The notes under the pieces were generated by a model. The model had not been told where the DNA came from. It searched no databases and was given only the letters and a program-made list of their open reading frames with translations. The translations under genes and the position numbers were made by a program. A stretch of DNA of 64,000 nt from assembly GCF_037042905.1 (NCBI RefSeq), contig NC_087245.1, positions 27,962,001-28,026,000 on the forward strand. Direction: 5' to 3'. Positions within the stretch are counted from its first letter, which is position 1, and every line of letters begins with the position of its first letter. Shown here in pieces: positions 30,401 to 45,400 of this stretch. The DNA comes from Lytechinus pictus. Taxonomy: Eukaryota.

Positions 30401-33400
30401 ATTTGAAACTCTGAATATAAATAATTTCATATCAAAGATAATTAAAAATATTAAAATAATCCGTCAAAATATCAAAATGCGTGATTTTCGACATTCTTTC
30501 AGATTTTACGCTAAAAATGACACTTTTACGCAATATTGCGCTTGGCATCCGGCCGTACGCTATTCCTGGGTATTTTTGCAAGACTATTAGCTGGGATGAC
30601 AAGCATTAGCAAGCATTAACAAATTTTGCCGTCCAAAGTATAAAAAATCGTTTTGGCCGGTCTACTATAACATTACCCCATCCTTACTGGACTTCCATTT
30701 CAGCAATCAGAACATGTAGTTCCTGATACCTGTTCCAACTGTGTTAGGAGTTATAGTAAGTGTAGATTAGGATATGAAACCTTGTTAATGTCAGTCTGAT
30801 GATGTATCCACTACAACATGATACCCTTTGCAGATGCTAAGGAAGTTATGTTTCCTGTTTCATACACTGATGAACATTTAACATAGCTTAATATAAAGAA
30901 AATATAGGAATGTTGTAAGTCGTAAGAAAAATGGTAGCAGTCATTGTATATATCATTAACAAATTCACAATTGATACCAAAGCATTTCAGTTGGTATTCC
31001 CTTTTTTTAAGATGCTGAACATTTCCTTATGGCTTATTATTCATTTTGGACCTTAACTTGACTTACAGTTGAGTCCAAGTCTCTTGTACTGCTTATGATT
31101 GGTTTCATTGCTTGCTTTAATTGGTTCAGGTGGAGCTGGGACATCCCCTAATGCAGGTGGTGGAAGTGGAGGAAGTATCTGGATTGAAACAGAGACATTC
31201 AATGGAGATGGCTCCATCAATGCCCTTGGAGGAGATGGAGAGGGAAGTGGAGGCGGAGGTGGAGGTGGAGCTGGTGGGAGAGTGGCCGTTTATTATACCT
31301 ACAACCACTTCTCAGGTAAACGAATATGACAGTCACGGAGTGATACAGAGTGCAGTAGAGAGAAGTAGAAAGAGCCATGAGAGTACATAGAGACAAAAAA
31401 AAGAACAAGCGAGAGAGAGGGTTGCATTTGATAATATGAGAGATGCTGCCTATATGTTTACTTAGGAGAATATATATTTTATAAGCTTCTGATACTAACC
31501 TTGTCGATTCTTTCTTGACCTTTGGAATTTATTACCAACTCGTTCTGCATTAACTATCCTTGTGCATATTTTTTTTTTTTAATGACTTTTAGAAAAGCAT
31601 CATCAGATATATTTTGACACATGTACCAATTGTTACCAATCCCTCTCATCACTTATACAGTAGTTCTTGTCCATTCTGATAGATGATTGTATTCTAAATC
31701 TGTTTTATCTTTGTAGGTTCATTTGTAGCAGCTGGTGGAGTGTCATCCTACGAGCCTGGTGGTCCAGGAACAGTATACCTTCACAAGCTTCAACCAGTCA
31801 ATGGCACCTCATTCCTTGATGCTTCCAGCCCTGAAGGACAGATCATGCACGACTCCAATGTCTCATCCCCTCTCACCAATCGCACACTCTACCTTAACAA
31901 CCTAGGACGCCTGCCAAGATCCAAGAACCGAAATCTCACTGAACTGTACTCGGAATACCAGTCAGCCACGACTATCACCTGGTTAGAGCCTTCTGTGCCC
32001 GCAAAGATAGCCATTCAGAGGAATAACCAATCGCACAATTACTCCGATGACTTCGTCATAGATGAATTGCATGTGTACGGAGGTGCAGAAGTTGCTTTCA
32101 TTGATCCTCTGCATCCAGGATCACAGTTGATGATGCGTCTTGGAACCATCGGTGGCGACCGTACAGGTCGGATGCTCATCGGCTTCAATCAGACCATGGA
32201 GGTGATACAGCCAGATTTTCCTCTCAGCGTTGATGTCTATAGAGGAGGAGAGATAGTTCTCTATGGAGAACTGATTGTCAGTGGTGTGACATTCAACATT
32301 GAGGGCGTCCTTCCCTATGCAGAAAATATTACCATCAGGGATGGAGGTGAGATACTTTTTCAGAAAATAATTTACATTTCCACAGCATTCAGCGATACAT
32401 AATAAACAGATCAAATCAGTGATTAAATTTTCATGCAATTTATGGATAAATTAATATTTCAAGCTCTTGTAAATATAACAATGATTTGTAAAAAAAATAG
32501 TTTTCTTATCACGTATTTTCTTCATTAATAAATATCAAATTTTACATCATCGCAAAGAATACCTCCTGATTATCCCAGCATAAACATATACCACATGAAA
32601 CTGGTGTCAAATTATCGGCAGAAATTACTCTTTTGGGACAACCAGCTTGTGTTACATGACTAGTTTTTTTTGTTACGGTAATCACATTTGGAGGTGAAAA
32701 ATTTAATTTCCCAAAATCAACGTCTTGCTATTAATTGCAAATTTGCAATTGATCGAGCTGTGAGTAATGATATACTGTTAAAATTGATTTATCTATCATG
32801 GTATTGATACTTGCAACCGATTGTAGATACATGTGATGTTCAACGTTATTTGCAGGGGTACTTAACATGCATGAAATGATAGGGCTGGATGGTGAAGCAA
32901 CAGAGACGGTTCTCTTCAACTCTATCAACATCAGGAATCATGGGACATTCTTAACTCACAATGGGAAAAACAGGAGGGCTCTGATCGGCGATTATTTACA
33001 GGTTAGATTGTAATATTGTAATAGAGATCTTTTGGATAACAATGGGGCTTCATTGGAGGTGGTGAGTTTATCATTTGATATAATAATAATTATTATTATT
33101 ATAATAATAATTATGATATTAATGTCTTATTTACCCAGGGCAGCCACTTCTGTTAGAAAGCTGTTTTCCACTGGGCCCTACATAACAAAACATGTTATTA
33201 GTACCTTTCTCTAATCTAAAGGCTGAGCAACTAGCATGTAGGCAGAAGGTTCTATTTCTATATTAAAGTCTTTTGTTGTTACTCATCTGGGGAGTTTATT
33301 TTATATTATCATTTTAGAGATACCAATATGATTTCATAGTGTATTGGTTTTGCAATCCGATAATGCACATTTTAAGTGAAGTCGCATGAGCCAGTGCAAT

Positions 33401-36400
33401 AAAGGCATGAATAATCAATACAGAGACCTTTGAACAAACCCTACAGTTGCCTTATTATTATGAATAGTCACATATCTTTGCCGTAGCATCTACTGATACT
33501 AATTATTTATTGGTCACCTTCGAGAGAAAGTTTTTTGTTCAATTATAGGGCAGCTATGTTTATCCTGTATCTCCAATATTGTTTAGTTTCCAATTACATA
33601 TTTTTAATTCTATTTTGTAGTTTTGGTGGCAGCAGTGGGATATGGCCATATCATTTTCTGGAATTGAATGCAGGAAGGTTTTAATTATTTAGATCATTAT
33701 TTGAGGACAATTGTTTGACATCTATATATTTTTGCAGTGCTGTAATTCCTCTTTTTTCATTTAATCTGAACACTTCTTCTAATGTCTACCATTACAGTGC
33801 TTTATAATCGCATATTATGTTATGACCTTTTGTTAAGACATTTGTGTTGTGTTGTCTTTTCCTGTCTTTTTAATATTGTCTTGACTTTGTCAGTTTGACT
33901 TCTTTCATGTTTTTTCCTGTTCTTTCCTCTCTCTCTCTTTCTCCCCTCTCGCACTTGCGCTTTCTTTGTGTATTAGGTTTATGGTGGAGCATCGTTGCTC
34001 TCAACTAATCTCTATCTTGAAGTTCGTACAGTCATAGTAGATTCATATGGGACAATCAGTGTTCTTGGGTCAACGAAGGAATCAGCAGGTATCTTTGTTT
34101 TTTTTCTTTGTACCCGCACTTTTTCTCAAAAACTAATTCAGTGTCATTTGATAAAAATTCCATCAAAATATTAGTTTTAATTAATTTTTGTAGATAAGAA
34201 TATTTTGCAAAATGACCGATAACATCTACAGGTTATGAAATCCTGAATGATAATCTACATGTACTAAAATGAATGCATGTATTTTGTGTTAAGTACATTT
34301 TCAATATAATATGACTGATAGTTATGAAAATAGGATATTCGCATTAAAGCTCAATTTCAAATTGCAAGAAAGTATGAATAAATTTTGTCAATTATCGAAG
34401 CTCGCAAAATAGGCTTTTAGTGATACACTGTATGACATGATTTTCAAGCTACAACTGTTCTTTCTGATTTAGAATAGTAGTGAAATATTTTTGCAAGGAG
34501 TAATTCAAGTTGCTATTATTTACATGGTCAATAAATAACAAACAGCTTGTTGGGTAGAATTACTGTTATGTTACTAAATAGCGTCATTTACAACTGTCTA
34601 CCATCTGCTGTGAACTATCAATTATTTTTTTCACTGAAATCCATTACCTGTTTCTAATTTCTGAAGCCGTACATACATACATACATCCATACACACACCC
34701 ATACACACATGCATACATACATACATAACAGGAACTTATATAGCGCTTTACCAAACATATATGATCAAAGCACTTTACAATAAATAACTAATAATAATAT
34801 TAATGAATTTACATTAAACAACACTTTAAAATATATCTACGGGGACTGGTGCCTAATCTTAATGCCCTGTTCACCCACAGTTTAAGGAACTTGCCCAGAA
34901 GGCTATCCGGCAGGTTCATAACTCACAAGGGCTCTAAAAACACCAGGCCTAAGCTAAACCCTAACAAAAAAACAACTTACAAAAGAGAACTAAACATGAA
35001 TATTTAAACCAATGGTTACACCAAAAATCATATAAGGAGAAAAAAAATTCAACGAGCAAATAAATGTGTTTTAAGCAGAGATTTAAAAGTTTTAAACTTT
35101 TCAGCAGATCTTAGTGTTACAAGCAGTTTATTCCATAATTTGGGCACAAAATTAGCAAATGCTTTATCACCATATGAACTAAAACTTCTTCTGTGTTTGA
35201 GGAGGTATTGGTCAGCATATGATCTAAGGAATCTAGTATTGCCCATATGAATATAATTACTGATTATGTCTGATAGATAACCATAGAGACGTTCTTTATG
35301 ATTAGCGCTATACAACTGTTGTAAATTATCATTTTATTGTCCTTAATCAAATCTGCATTTTATTCCTACATGAATTTTCCTGTAGAAGGACCTGGCGGAG
35401 CATTCATGAACTCTGGTGCTTCCCATGGTGGAGAAGGGGGCGGTGAAAACTCTTTGGTGCCGGTACCCCAAGCCTATGGTTCCTTCACCACTCCTACAGA
35501 GTTTGGGAGTTCCTCCAGCTCAGGAACCAATGGTGGTGGCATTCTTAGTGTTTTGATCTCGGATTTGAGAGTTGAGGGTCGTCTTGAGGCAAATGGAATG
35601 AATTCCGGGGATTTCGGCGGGGCGAGTGGTGGCAGCATCATGATACAAGCAGAAACAATACACGGAACTGGTGTCATCTCGGTAAGATATGAAACAAGTG
35701 TACATTATACGTTGCTAAGCAAGCAACTTTCCAGGGGCCCATTTCATAAAGACTTACAAAAATTGTTCGCTTTACCATTATTATAACTACTTTTGGAAAC
35801 CGTGATTTTGATTGGGTGCTCTGTCCTGTTATTCTGGTTTCATATTATGTAAAGTTTGAAGATTTTTGTGACTTCATAAAACATTGTGATAATATTGCAG
35901 TGCCTTGCTTACAACTTGTCAAGTCATACAGAATTTTGGTTCTTTGTTCGAGAATGATGTATTGTCTCAAAATGTTTTCCTCAAAAATTCTTTTCAGTTG
36001 TCATTTCCTACCATCTACTTTTAGAACTGAAAATTTTTATAAAAATAGGTCATCTTTTTGTCTGAAAGTATGGATTTTGTGTGTTCTGCAAATGAGGTTT
36101 AATGTGACCTGCTACCCCAAAAACCAACAATAAATCATCCCAACTGAATTATGAGATTTTTATTGAGCTTTAAAAAGCAAGTCCTTAGCTTTTAACTGAT
36201 TTATCAACAATCACCTAAACAGTTACTTGATTGAATGTAGAAAATATTTTAGTGAGAGCTACAAAACCTAAGGAGAAAACAAAGTTAGTAGTTCAGAGTT
36301 CACTCAAACATGAGAAGTGCACACTGTGCAATCTCAGTGAAATTTCCAAGCAATCTGGGAAAAAAAATTGTGTCAATAACTCCCCGTATCTTGTGTTTTA

Positions 36401-39400
36401 TTTAACTTTAACACTTAAAACTTTGAAAAGAATTACTCTTTCAGAAAAGGTAATTTTCTAATCTATACTCTTGTTGACCAAATTATAGTTTTAGCTATTT
36501 ACAGAGAGCCTTCCCTGGTGACTTGTTGTTGGTTTGGGGGTGGCTGGTCACAAAAGAGAGGACACTAAGTATTAGTACATTTTCTATTTCCAGGCAAATG
36601 GAGGTGCAGGGACATGTGGGGGAGGGGGTGGAAGAATGGCACTGTACTATAAACACCTCAGCGATGGCGTGACCCATGAGGTCAGAGGAGGTCAAGGGTC
36701 ATTGTATGAACACGGAGCATCAGGAACAGTCTATCTGAAGGAAGAAGGGGATGTGGAGCGAAAGATTCTGAAATCTTACAACCATTTTGCCAGAGCAAGC
36801 TCACAGGTACATGTACTCACCATTGTTTTTTTATTTTTCAGTAATGATAATGAAAATAATTGGTATATACACAGGACTATCTATCGAGAAATAATCTGTA
36901 CCTTTTACATTTTGTGTGTTGTTTGCTTGATCTACATAGAGTCTCAATTCTAAAAAAGTACATTTCTTTTCTGTTGCATATTGAAAATACTGTCTTAATT
37001 ACCCAATCTGTTTTCCTATATGTTGTGGGGATTTTTGCCTTAATCATTGCTGATGTCTTCTCATGATGATTGCAGCATCGTTTTAGTTTTCAATCCATGC
37101 TTTGGATTGAGATGTGTGCCATTACAGGTTATCTTTGAAGTAAATCCCCATTTGCTAGTGCTACAATTTTTTCTCTGGCAAAGAATTGTAGTCATCAGCT
37201 TCAAAAATCCAGAGCAACGATGTATGTCCAAATATCAATTTAAAAATAATGTTTGTGCAATGAAGTAATGTTTGTTCGATGTGTCCTATCAGTGGCATAA
37301 AGGGCCAACAATTTTGAGGGGGCACACAAAATTTATCAGGTAAACGTTCTACAATGTGAAAAGGGAAAGAAGCAAGTATGATATCATATCGTATTTCCCT
37401 GTCATTTTCTAGCTTGTTAATATCCTTCTTTTTAATTTTTCTTGGTGGTGGAACATTTAGGGGGATGTGCCACCCACCCCCACCCACCAACCCCCATTTT
37501 GTGGATATGATACAACCATCATTTTGTGCATCAGGTGATAGGATGAGGGCCCCTCCTATAATTTTTCAAAATAAAAGAAAAATACATGTAAATGTAAAAA
37601 AAAGGGGGGGGAAGAAAAAAAAATCATCAGGTACATGTAAATTGTGTTACTCTTTCTTAGCCCTGATACTAAAATAACCTGATACTGCTCCTTCTGCTAT
37701 CATCTTGACTATCTTTATAACAAAGTACTTCCTAGTCCAAACTACTCACAACACTTTCTGTGCTCTGTACTTTAGAGAAATGCTCCATGATATATCTTGT
37801 ATTATTAAGTTTCCACCTTTTACTCTGTATGGTATCTGTTTTTGTCCCCATGACAGGTCAGAAGAACGGTTGTTCCTCTTCCTCCAGACCCTGATCTTGA
37901 CCATGATCTCGACCTCCTGGACATTGGTCAGTATGCTCACGTTGAGCTTGAAGCAGTGGACATTCATGGTGACCCTGCAACCGATGACTCTCGTAGAACA
38001 CTTCACACGTCTGATATCGCTGGTGATCTGCTGGGAGTGCTTCATGTAGGAGAGAATGATAGTATACAGATTGGGGCTAATGCTACTTCCAGGATACCGT
38101 TCAGCATCACTGTTTACCAGGTATGGATTGCAGAATGGGGGATAAACCTGATTAAACACATCTGAAGAAAACATTGTCAAATAACACTACTTGTGTTGTT
38201 ATAGTAAGAATCTTTCATTTATTATGCAGCGTGGTTTGGTATTGCATTTTTGTTTCTTGCCATAACACTTGGTCACCCAAGCAACTTCTAAGTTTTATTG
38301 ATCTATAAATGAATTGGATATTAAATATGAAATATAGTACACATTTCAATAACAATAATAATGAACTTTGGGGCTCATGTATTATGAAACTTGATATCAT
38401 GATGGCTTGGTTTTACTTTCCTTCATCAGGATGGAAGAGTATCCCTACCACCAAAGTCTGTCTTCCAGGGTGTAGACCTCACCATGCTGGGAGGAAGATT
38501 AGAAAGAGTCGACTTGTTGGAGATCGCAAAGCACTCCCGATTCACCTTTGACCCCAGTGCCAGCATCAATTCTGAGCAGCCCAGTGATATCGACCTGGCT
38601 TCCCTACTCCTGTTAGGAGGAGGAACCATGGAATATATGGGAAGCCCAGCTGGTGATGATGAGATGAAGATGAGCTTAGAGGAAGAGCTAGAGATACGAG
38701 GAGGAGGAGTCATGAGAGGAAATCATCTCTCCATCACAGGTTGGTTTTCTCTCTGCTTGTGGGCGATCTTGGCAGTAAAGTAATATTTCACAGACGGTGT
38801 AATAATATGTAGTAAAGAAGGTATAATGTATCTACCCCAACCATCTTTCATTCTTCACCTCTGTAAGAAGTTGGAATTGAGATTATTTTTATCAATATAT
38901 CACGTGAAAATAAACAGCAATTTGAACAATATTGAAACCATTTGAATGGCTTAGTTTGGTAAACACAATGAAATAAGTAATATGATGTTTTCATACAGTG
39001 TTCTATGATACTATAGGAAATTATTGTTCCAGCGGCTTTTTTCTTTTTCTTACGCAATGTGAGTTAAGATTTATTATAGAAATGTAAAATAATGAATATT
39101 GTTCTCTATCTTCTTGTTGCTGGTTCATTTACTGTTTGTAAAGTAATATGCCAAAGGTAGAATGTTTTTTCTTACAATCAAAGAAATAGAATCCAAACAA
39201 TGAAAATCACTGCTTTTGTAATAATTCCACTTAAAATGTGGCACTAAGTATACTTTGCTCTTATAGCTTGTGTTAATAGCATACAAATATAAAGGACATC
39301 AAAATTATTTTAGCTTTAACTAATGTGATTGCAATGATAAAGAAATTTATAAGGCTTTACCATGCTCCAGTCATTCAGTAAGTTCCTTGTAAGATTACAA

Positions 39401-42400
39401 AAGCTTTATCACCCCCTCCCCCAATAAAAACAATGAGAACCCTCAAAATTTGGAATTATAATTCAAACATTTGCAGATTATTATCATTCTCTGTACAAAG
39501 AATATTGGAACTTCATAATTCTCTAGTCATATGCATCAATAATTATTTATGTACTCTGCTCCAGCACATGATATAATGATTGACTCTGGAGCCCTGATGG
39601 ATGTGAGCAAGCGTGGTTGGCCACCTGGAGAGGGTCCCGCTCCTGGTATCTATGGTGTAAAGGGTGCTGCTGGAGCCTCCCATGGAGGGCGTGGTGGAAA
39701 GGGGACCAGCGTGGATCACAGTGATAATGCATATGGAAATGTTACAAATCCAAATGACTATGGTAGTGGTGGTAGTCTTCTGACTGGTGCAGGTCAGGTG
39801 AGAAGGAATTACAAATATGACTCTTCAAGGGTTTATGAAACAGAATTTGGGATTGAAATTAAAGATTGATATTAGATGTATGCCTCTAAATTTGTTCCAT
39901 GCCCAACAGAGAGAGTAAAGTGTGTCTTAAAATGATGCAGAACTTGTCATCTTCATTGATAATAATGTAAAAATTGATTCAGTAGCATGCATCATTTTAT
40001 CATAATCTGACCAATAAGGTGATGTATTTTGTACTGCAGGCAACTCAGAAATGAATTGCGATTGTAAGTCAAATTGAACTCTTTTTTAAACACCTTCCAA
40101 TACACATAGGATAGGATTTGAAGCTGTCACATATATGGTTTACTAATGCTAGGAGTCCACTGGGCTGGCGCCTCCAGTTTGCGCCAGTTGGTACCAGTTC
40201 ACACCAATGCAAAGCGGTTGTTGCGTCTAGTGTCGCCAATAAGGTACCTAGTGGTGTCCAGTGGCTCAAACTGCCTCCCAACTGGCACATGGTGGCATGT
40301 ATTGGTGGAAAAAATTGAATTGGGCATGACAAAAAAATCAAAAGTTTTTGAGACTTTTGGACTTCTAGCATAAAAGCACATGCTTACTACTGAAGAAAAA
40401 CAACTCAGTTCTGCAAATCCAATGAATTTCGGACTATCATAACTAGGAAAACAGAAGTTTTACAAGTAATGCTTCTTCCCTATGCATTAACTACAAAAGT
40501 TGTTCTGTATTGTAAAATGGTAATGTGGACCCTAATCATTAAATAAACTTTAGCTTCAACCAACCTTAATGATTAATTGGGGCGAGTAAAGAGCAATGTT
40601 TTCCCGGCTTTTTGCTGGGAACCCCGCTTTTAGCAAGGAATCCTCCTTACCAGAAGGGTGTTCAAGGCTTTACTAAATAAGCCCTGATAATCAGAGGCCG
40701 CTCTCCCCTTACCCCTCCTTTTTCTGGATGGATCCTGATCAATTGATTGGCTGAAATCTATCACATGCCCAGTCATTTCTAGTAGCTAATTGGGCATATT
40801 TGCTAATGACTGGTACTATTGACTTATTTTATTGACCAGTCATGGTTTTGAGTTGAGGATGGTTAGTCAAATAACAAAGATCCACATCTCTATCCTATAA
40901 AACATTTAATACTCATCACTCTGCTCCTGCACTTGAATGACTATCCACGCTCTTTACCTTTTAAACACTCTGAATTCCCTTGGTTATGCATCAGGTTTGT
41001 TCCAAAGGTACATGTACCTTATGCATATAATTCTTACTAATGCCCTTGATAACGTGTATTATTTGTATACTATGTCTCTATAGACGTCAAGTGGTGGTGG
41101 CATCATCAAACTGATGGCCACAGGCAATGTTCTTCTGGATGGTGAGATTCTGGCAAGCGGAGGAGATGCAAACCATGTAAGGACAAGTGGGGCTAGTGGC
41201 GGCAGTATTTTCATCTCGGGAGGTGCTGTGACAGGTAAAATGAATCATATCGGCAGTTGGTATAAATTCAGCAAATCAGCTTGGAAGTAATAATTTTGTC
41301 TGTTTATTGATTGAATGTAAGGATAATTATTGATCCTGACAGCAGTGGTATTCACTGTTGTTTTTCCTGAAATATGGATATTTTCTTTTAGTGACTGATT
41401 TTATGTTTCATGGTTTTTTGTTAAATTGATTATGATCATGATGCTGGAAATGAATTTATATTGTTATTTCAGTAAAAGTAATTTGCTTACCGCCGGAAAT
41501 AAACTATAGAGTAAATACTTGTTCTTATGGTGTTACTCTTCATGTGCTCATCACACACCTAAAGGGATATGGAGACCGTGCCTTTTCATCTATTGCTCCA
41601 CGCATCTGGAACTCCCTCCCTTCTTCACTCCGTGATATTGACAACATTGAGCTCTTCATATTGTCTCTCAAAGCTCACTTATTTCAGCAGATGTGTAATA
41701 ATTAGCTTAATTGGATGAGCCTGCGCCTATGAATGTTTTTAATTGAATATGGCGCAATATAAATCCTGTGGATCATCATCACTTGTACCTATTTCAACTG
41801 ATTAATATCATAATAGAGCTACATGTAAGTTCTTTGCAAACTAGCAAGAGATATCTATAAATGATTTTATTTTTCATTTTAGGGCTTTTATTCTTTCATA
41901 AAAATGCATGAATTTGCTTAGAAGCATTGACCTTTCAATTTAACATTTCCAGGGCGTGGCCGTATCTTGTCTGATGGAGGCGATGCTACATGTGTACCTC
42001 ATTGCAGCAGCTGCGATCCTGAACGTCGCTGCTTGCAGTGCACTGATTATAAGTACTGGATCGACTTCAATTGTGTTGATGACTGCAGATATTGGTATAA
42101 CAGAAGATGGAGGGGTGACAGAGATGGACGTCATTGCAATGGAGAAACAGATGGTGGAATCAAGGTAGGTGTAGTAAATGCAACTGAAAAATTATCTCTG
42201 CCTCCATGAGGAGCCTATGCAGCTATGGCAATTCTATGGAAATTCTTGCATATAGATGTCCATATGATACTTCCTAGTTTTGCATGTTTTGTATATACAT
42301 TTAAAAAACACATGGATATACAATGGCTGGCTTGGTTTAAAGACATACCATAATTTAAAAAAAAGAACCACATAATACATATTGTACAATGAATGAATTA

Positions 42401-45400
42401 ATATTCAAGTGTGGACTGCAGCAGATTTGAAGGATCATTGTGGAATGATCATATGTAATGTTGTAAACAATTGTGAGAAAGAAGCAGTCTTTACTCTATG
42501 AATTTTCATTCAATTAGGCAAATGGTAGTTGAGATTGAAGAAACAGTAAAATCAGTTGACCCAACAAAATTATACCTCAAGATAGTTTACTCTTGCATGG
42601 ACATTTTATATGAATGAAGCTATCAAATTTATCTTTCATTTTGAGCTTAAACTAATTTATATCCACAGTAAGTAGAAGGTGTTTTTAATTTGCCATTTTT
42701 TGAATAAAAGTGTCATCAACTTTTTATTAAAAAAAAGTTTCTCCAAAAGTCTGAGCATCTCCGTTTTAACCTTCCCATTTATTTTATTAAATTGGACAGG
42801 AAATTGGAGGAGGAGGATCTGGTGGAAGAATTGCTATCCATGCCAAGGATGATTACAAGTTCCGAGGGACACTGCAGGCTCATGGTGGTAGCAGCCACCT
42901 GGAGCCTGGAGCAGGAAGTACCATTTATACCAGCTTGGTATCTTCCAACATCACCCAACGTTCTCTCATTGTTGACAACTTCAATCGTGAACCAACCGCA
43001 GAGTTTCTGCCTGACGATCTTGACCTTGACAGCAGCAGGACATATGTGTTTGTCGGAGACAAAGACTTGGATGTGGAAAGGCTCCAGATTGAAAGAGGTG
43101 CTCATGTGGTCTTTGCAACGTCTGCAGAAGGCGAGGGGCGGTTCACCTGTGGGCTTGTGGAAGGTGATGGGACGGGGTTGGTACACATCCTACCTGAAAC
43201 ACCTGTGCACATCTTGGACTCAGTTTCACCATTCCCAGTTGCCTTCAGAAACTATGAGGGATCAACAATGGAACTTCCAAAAGGTAATGTATCAGCACAT
43301 TTTCTAGACAAAGTCCTTTTATGGTAAGTAGCTCTTGATGTGAACTTTACATCAAATGTAACAAGCTAACAATAGTGTAAACATCTACAAAGGATCACAC
43401 AATCCATGATTCACGGGTGTTCTGCAGTATGAAGAAATTTTTTGTGCTCACCATTGGACTGATAAATTAGTCCCCAATAACAATATTTGATGTATAGGCT
43501 AACTTCTATTATCATTATTAAACTCCATAGTATTGGCTGTCATGTTAATTTTATTGTCTCGCCTGCATAGTAGAGCAAGACTTTAGGCTCAGCATCCTCC
43601 ATCCAAAACCCAACCCTCCTGTTCCCCTCCCCTTCTTCCAATTCTTCTTTGGCTGTCCTTTCCTCTCAATCCACTCATCTTGAACTCAAACCCCTTCTTA
43701 ACACATGCTCACCCCTGAAATATCAATCTGATTATTTTTAGATTATCAATTACATATACTTTATTTTCTTTATGGGAAGCGAATTTAATTATATCACTTT
43801 TATTGGATTTACTACCATGATTTCCTTTGCTAGCTGTTTATCTTGGTGACCTGTCCCATAAGAAGATCTATGTAGAGGGTTCTGTTGAAGGCCTGGAAGA
43901 CTTCATTGTTGGAGAGAGAATTGAAGTGGTCCTGGGAACCAAGGTATGCATCAATTACAGTTTAATTTAAACTGCTTTTCACCTTTTGAACAGCAAGATA
44001 TGTTTGAATTTTTCAATTGCTTTGGTTCAAAATATATATCATGCTTACAGGGATCAAGTAAATTGATAAATAGATAGATAGATAGATAAATGGTTTATTC
44101 ATAAAAATCAAGACATCATCGCCGCTAAGGCCGAATTGCGATGTATTTACAAGGTAAAAATGAAACAAAAAATATTCAAACAATAACAGAGATAATTACA
44201 AAATAAATAATGCGGATAAAGTATGGTATTATACATATTATATGTTCAGTATACTTAGGAATATCATAATTAATTTTACCACAAAATTATCTGAGAAAAG
44301 ACATTTTAGCACTGATGAAGTATTTCTGTTCCTGAATAAATCTATTCCATACTTTCATGGGGTATTTTAATCTGGTATTGGAAGTTTGTTGGGTTAGATA
44401 TTAAAGTCCTGAAAGTCCTTAGCCGTGAATACATTACCATGAGTACTTAAAGTCTTGTTTGCATATAATCATTCTTTTTCTTTTTTGTGGTAATACCAAC
44501 ATAATTTCACATCCTCAGGGAGGTTCTGCTAATCATCCTGACCAGACCCTAGTCCTGAACTCTCTCCGTATCCTCACAGACGGAAGCTTTAGCTCCCATT
44601 ACTCAGGTTCTCTTGCATATGAAGATGTAGTAAGCCCATCGCTGTCATTAGCAATCACCGACTCTCTTCACATTCAGCCGGGTGGACAGCTAAAGGTAGG
44701 ATCCATGTTGTTTTCTTTCTGTTTTAGTAATTTAGTTGCTCCTTCAATATAATTCGCCTATCATATTCAAGAGATGTGCAATGTCTAGAGTAGGGTGATA
44801 TTGAAATATCCTCCTCTTTAGATATCAAACTCAAGGGCCAATTTTCAAAGGCTTCGGTTTCTCTTTGGTCCTAATCATCTTATGTTATATGTTATGCTTT
44901 GATTCTGATTTATATTTTTGATATTGGTTTTAATCAGGTCAATCCTATGTTGGATGTACCTGTACCCTTTGGTGTAGAAGCAATTGGTCTACTTCTGAGA
45001 TAGTTTGTTACCACATGAGCTAAGCCCATTTGGTCTACTTCAGTTTGGTCTACATTGATATTATATTTGGTCTTCCCTAGACTTGCTGTCACACCCACTT
45101 CAACTTATTCTCATGTACTTATTGCCCAGATTGTCATTTGAGTACTACATTTCATTTGCTTTCATATGGATAAACAAAAATAAGATTGGATCGTTTTCAT
45201 TTTCCAGTATTGTATTATAGTGGCCTTATGATTATTGTAAAAACAGTGGGTATTCTATGAAAATGTCTTTTATTATGATTTCAGGGAAGTTGGATTAATG
45301 TGACAGCAGGACGGATCATTGAGATTGATTCAGCTGGTATCATCGATGTGAATGGTCAAAGTCCCATCAGGCCAACAGACCAGGAGAGTGGATATCCTGG

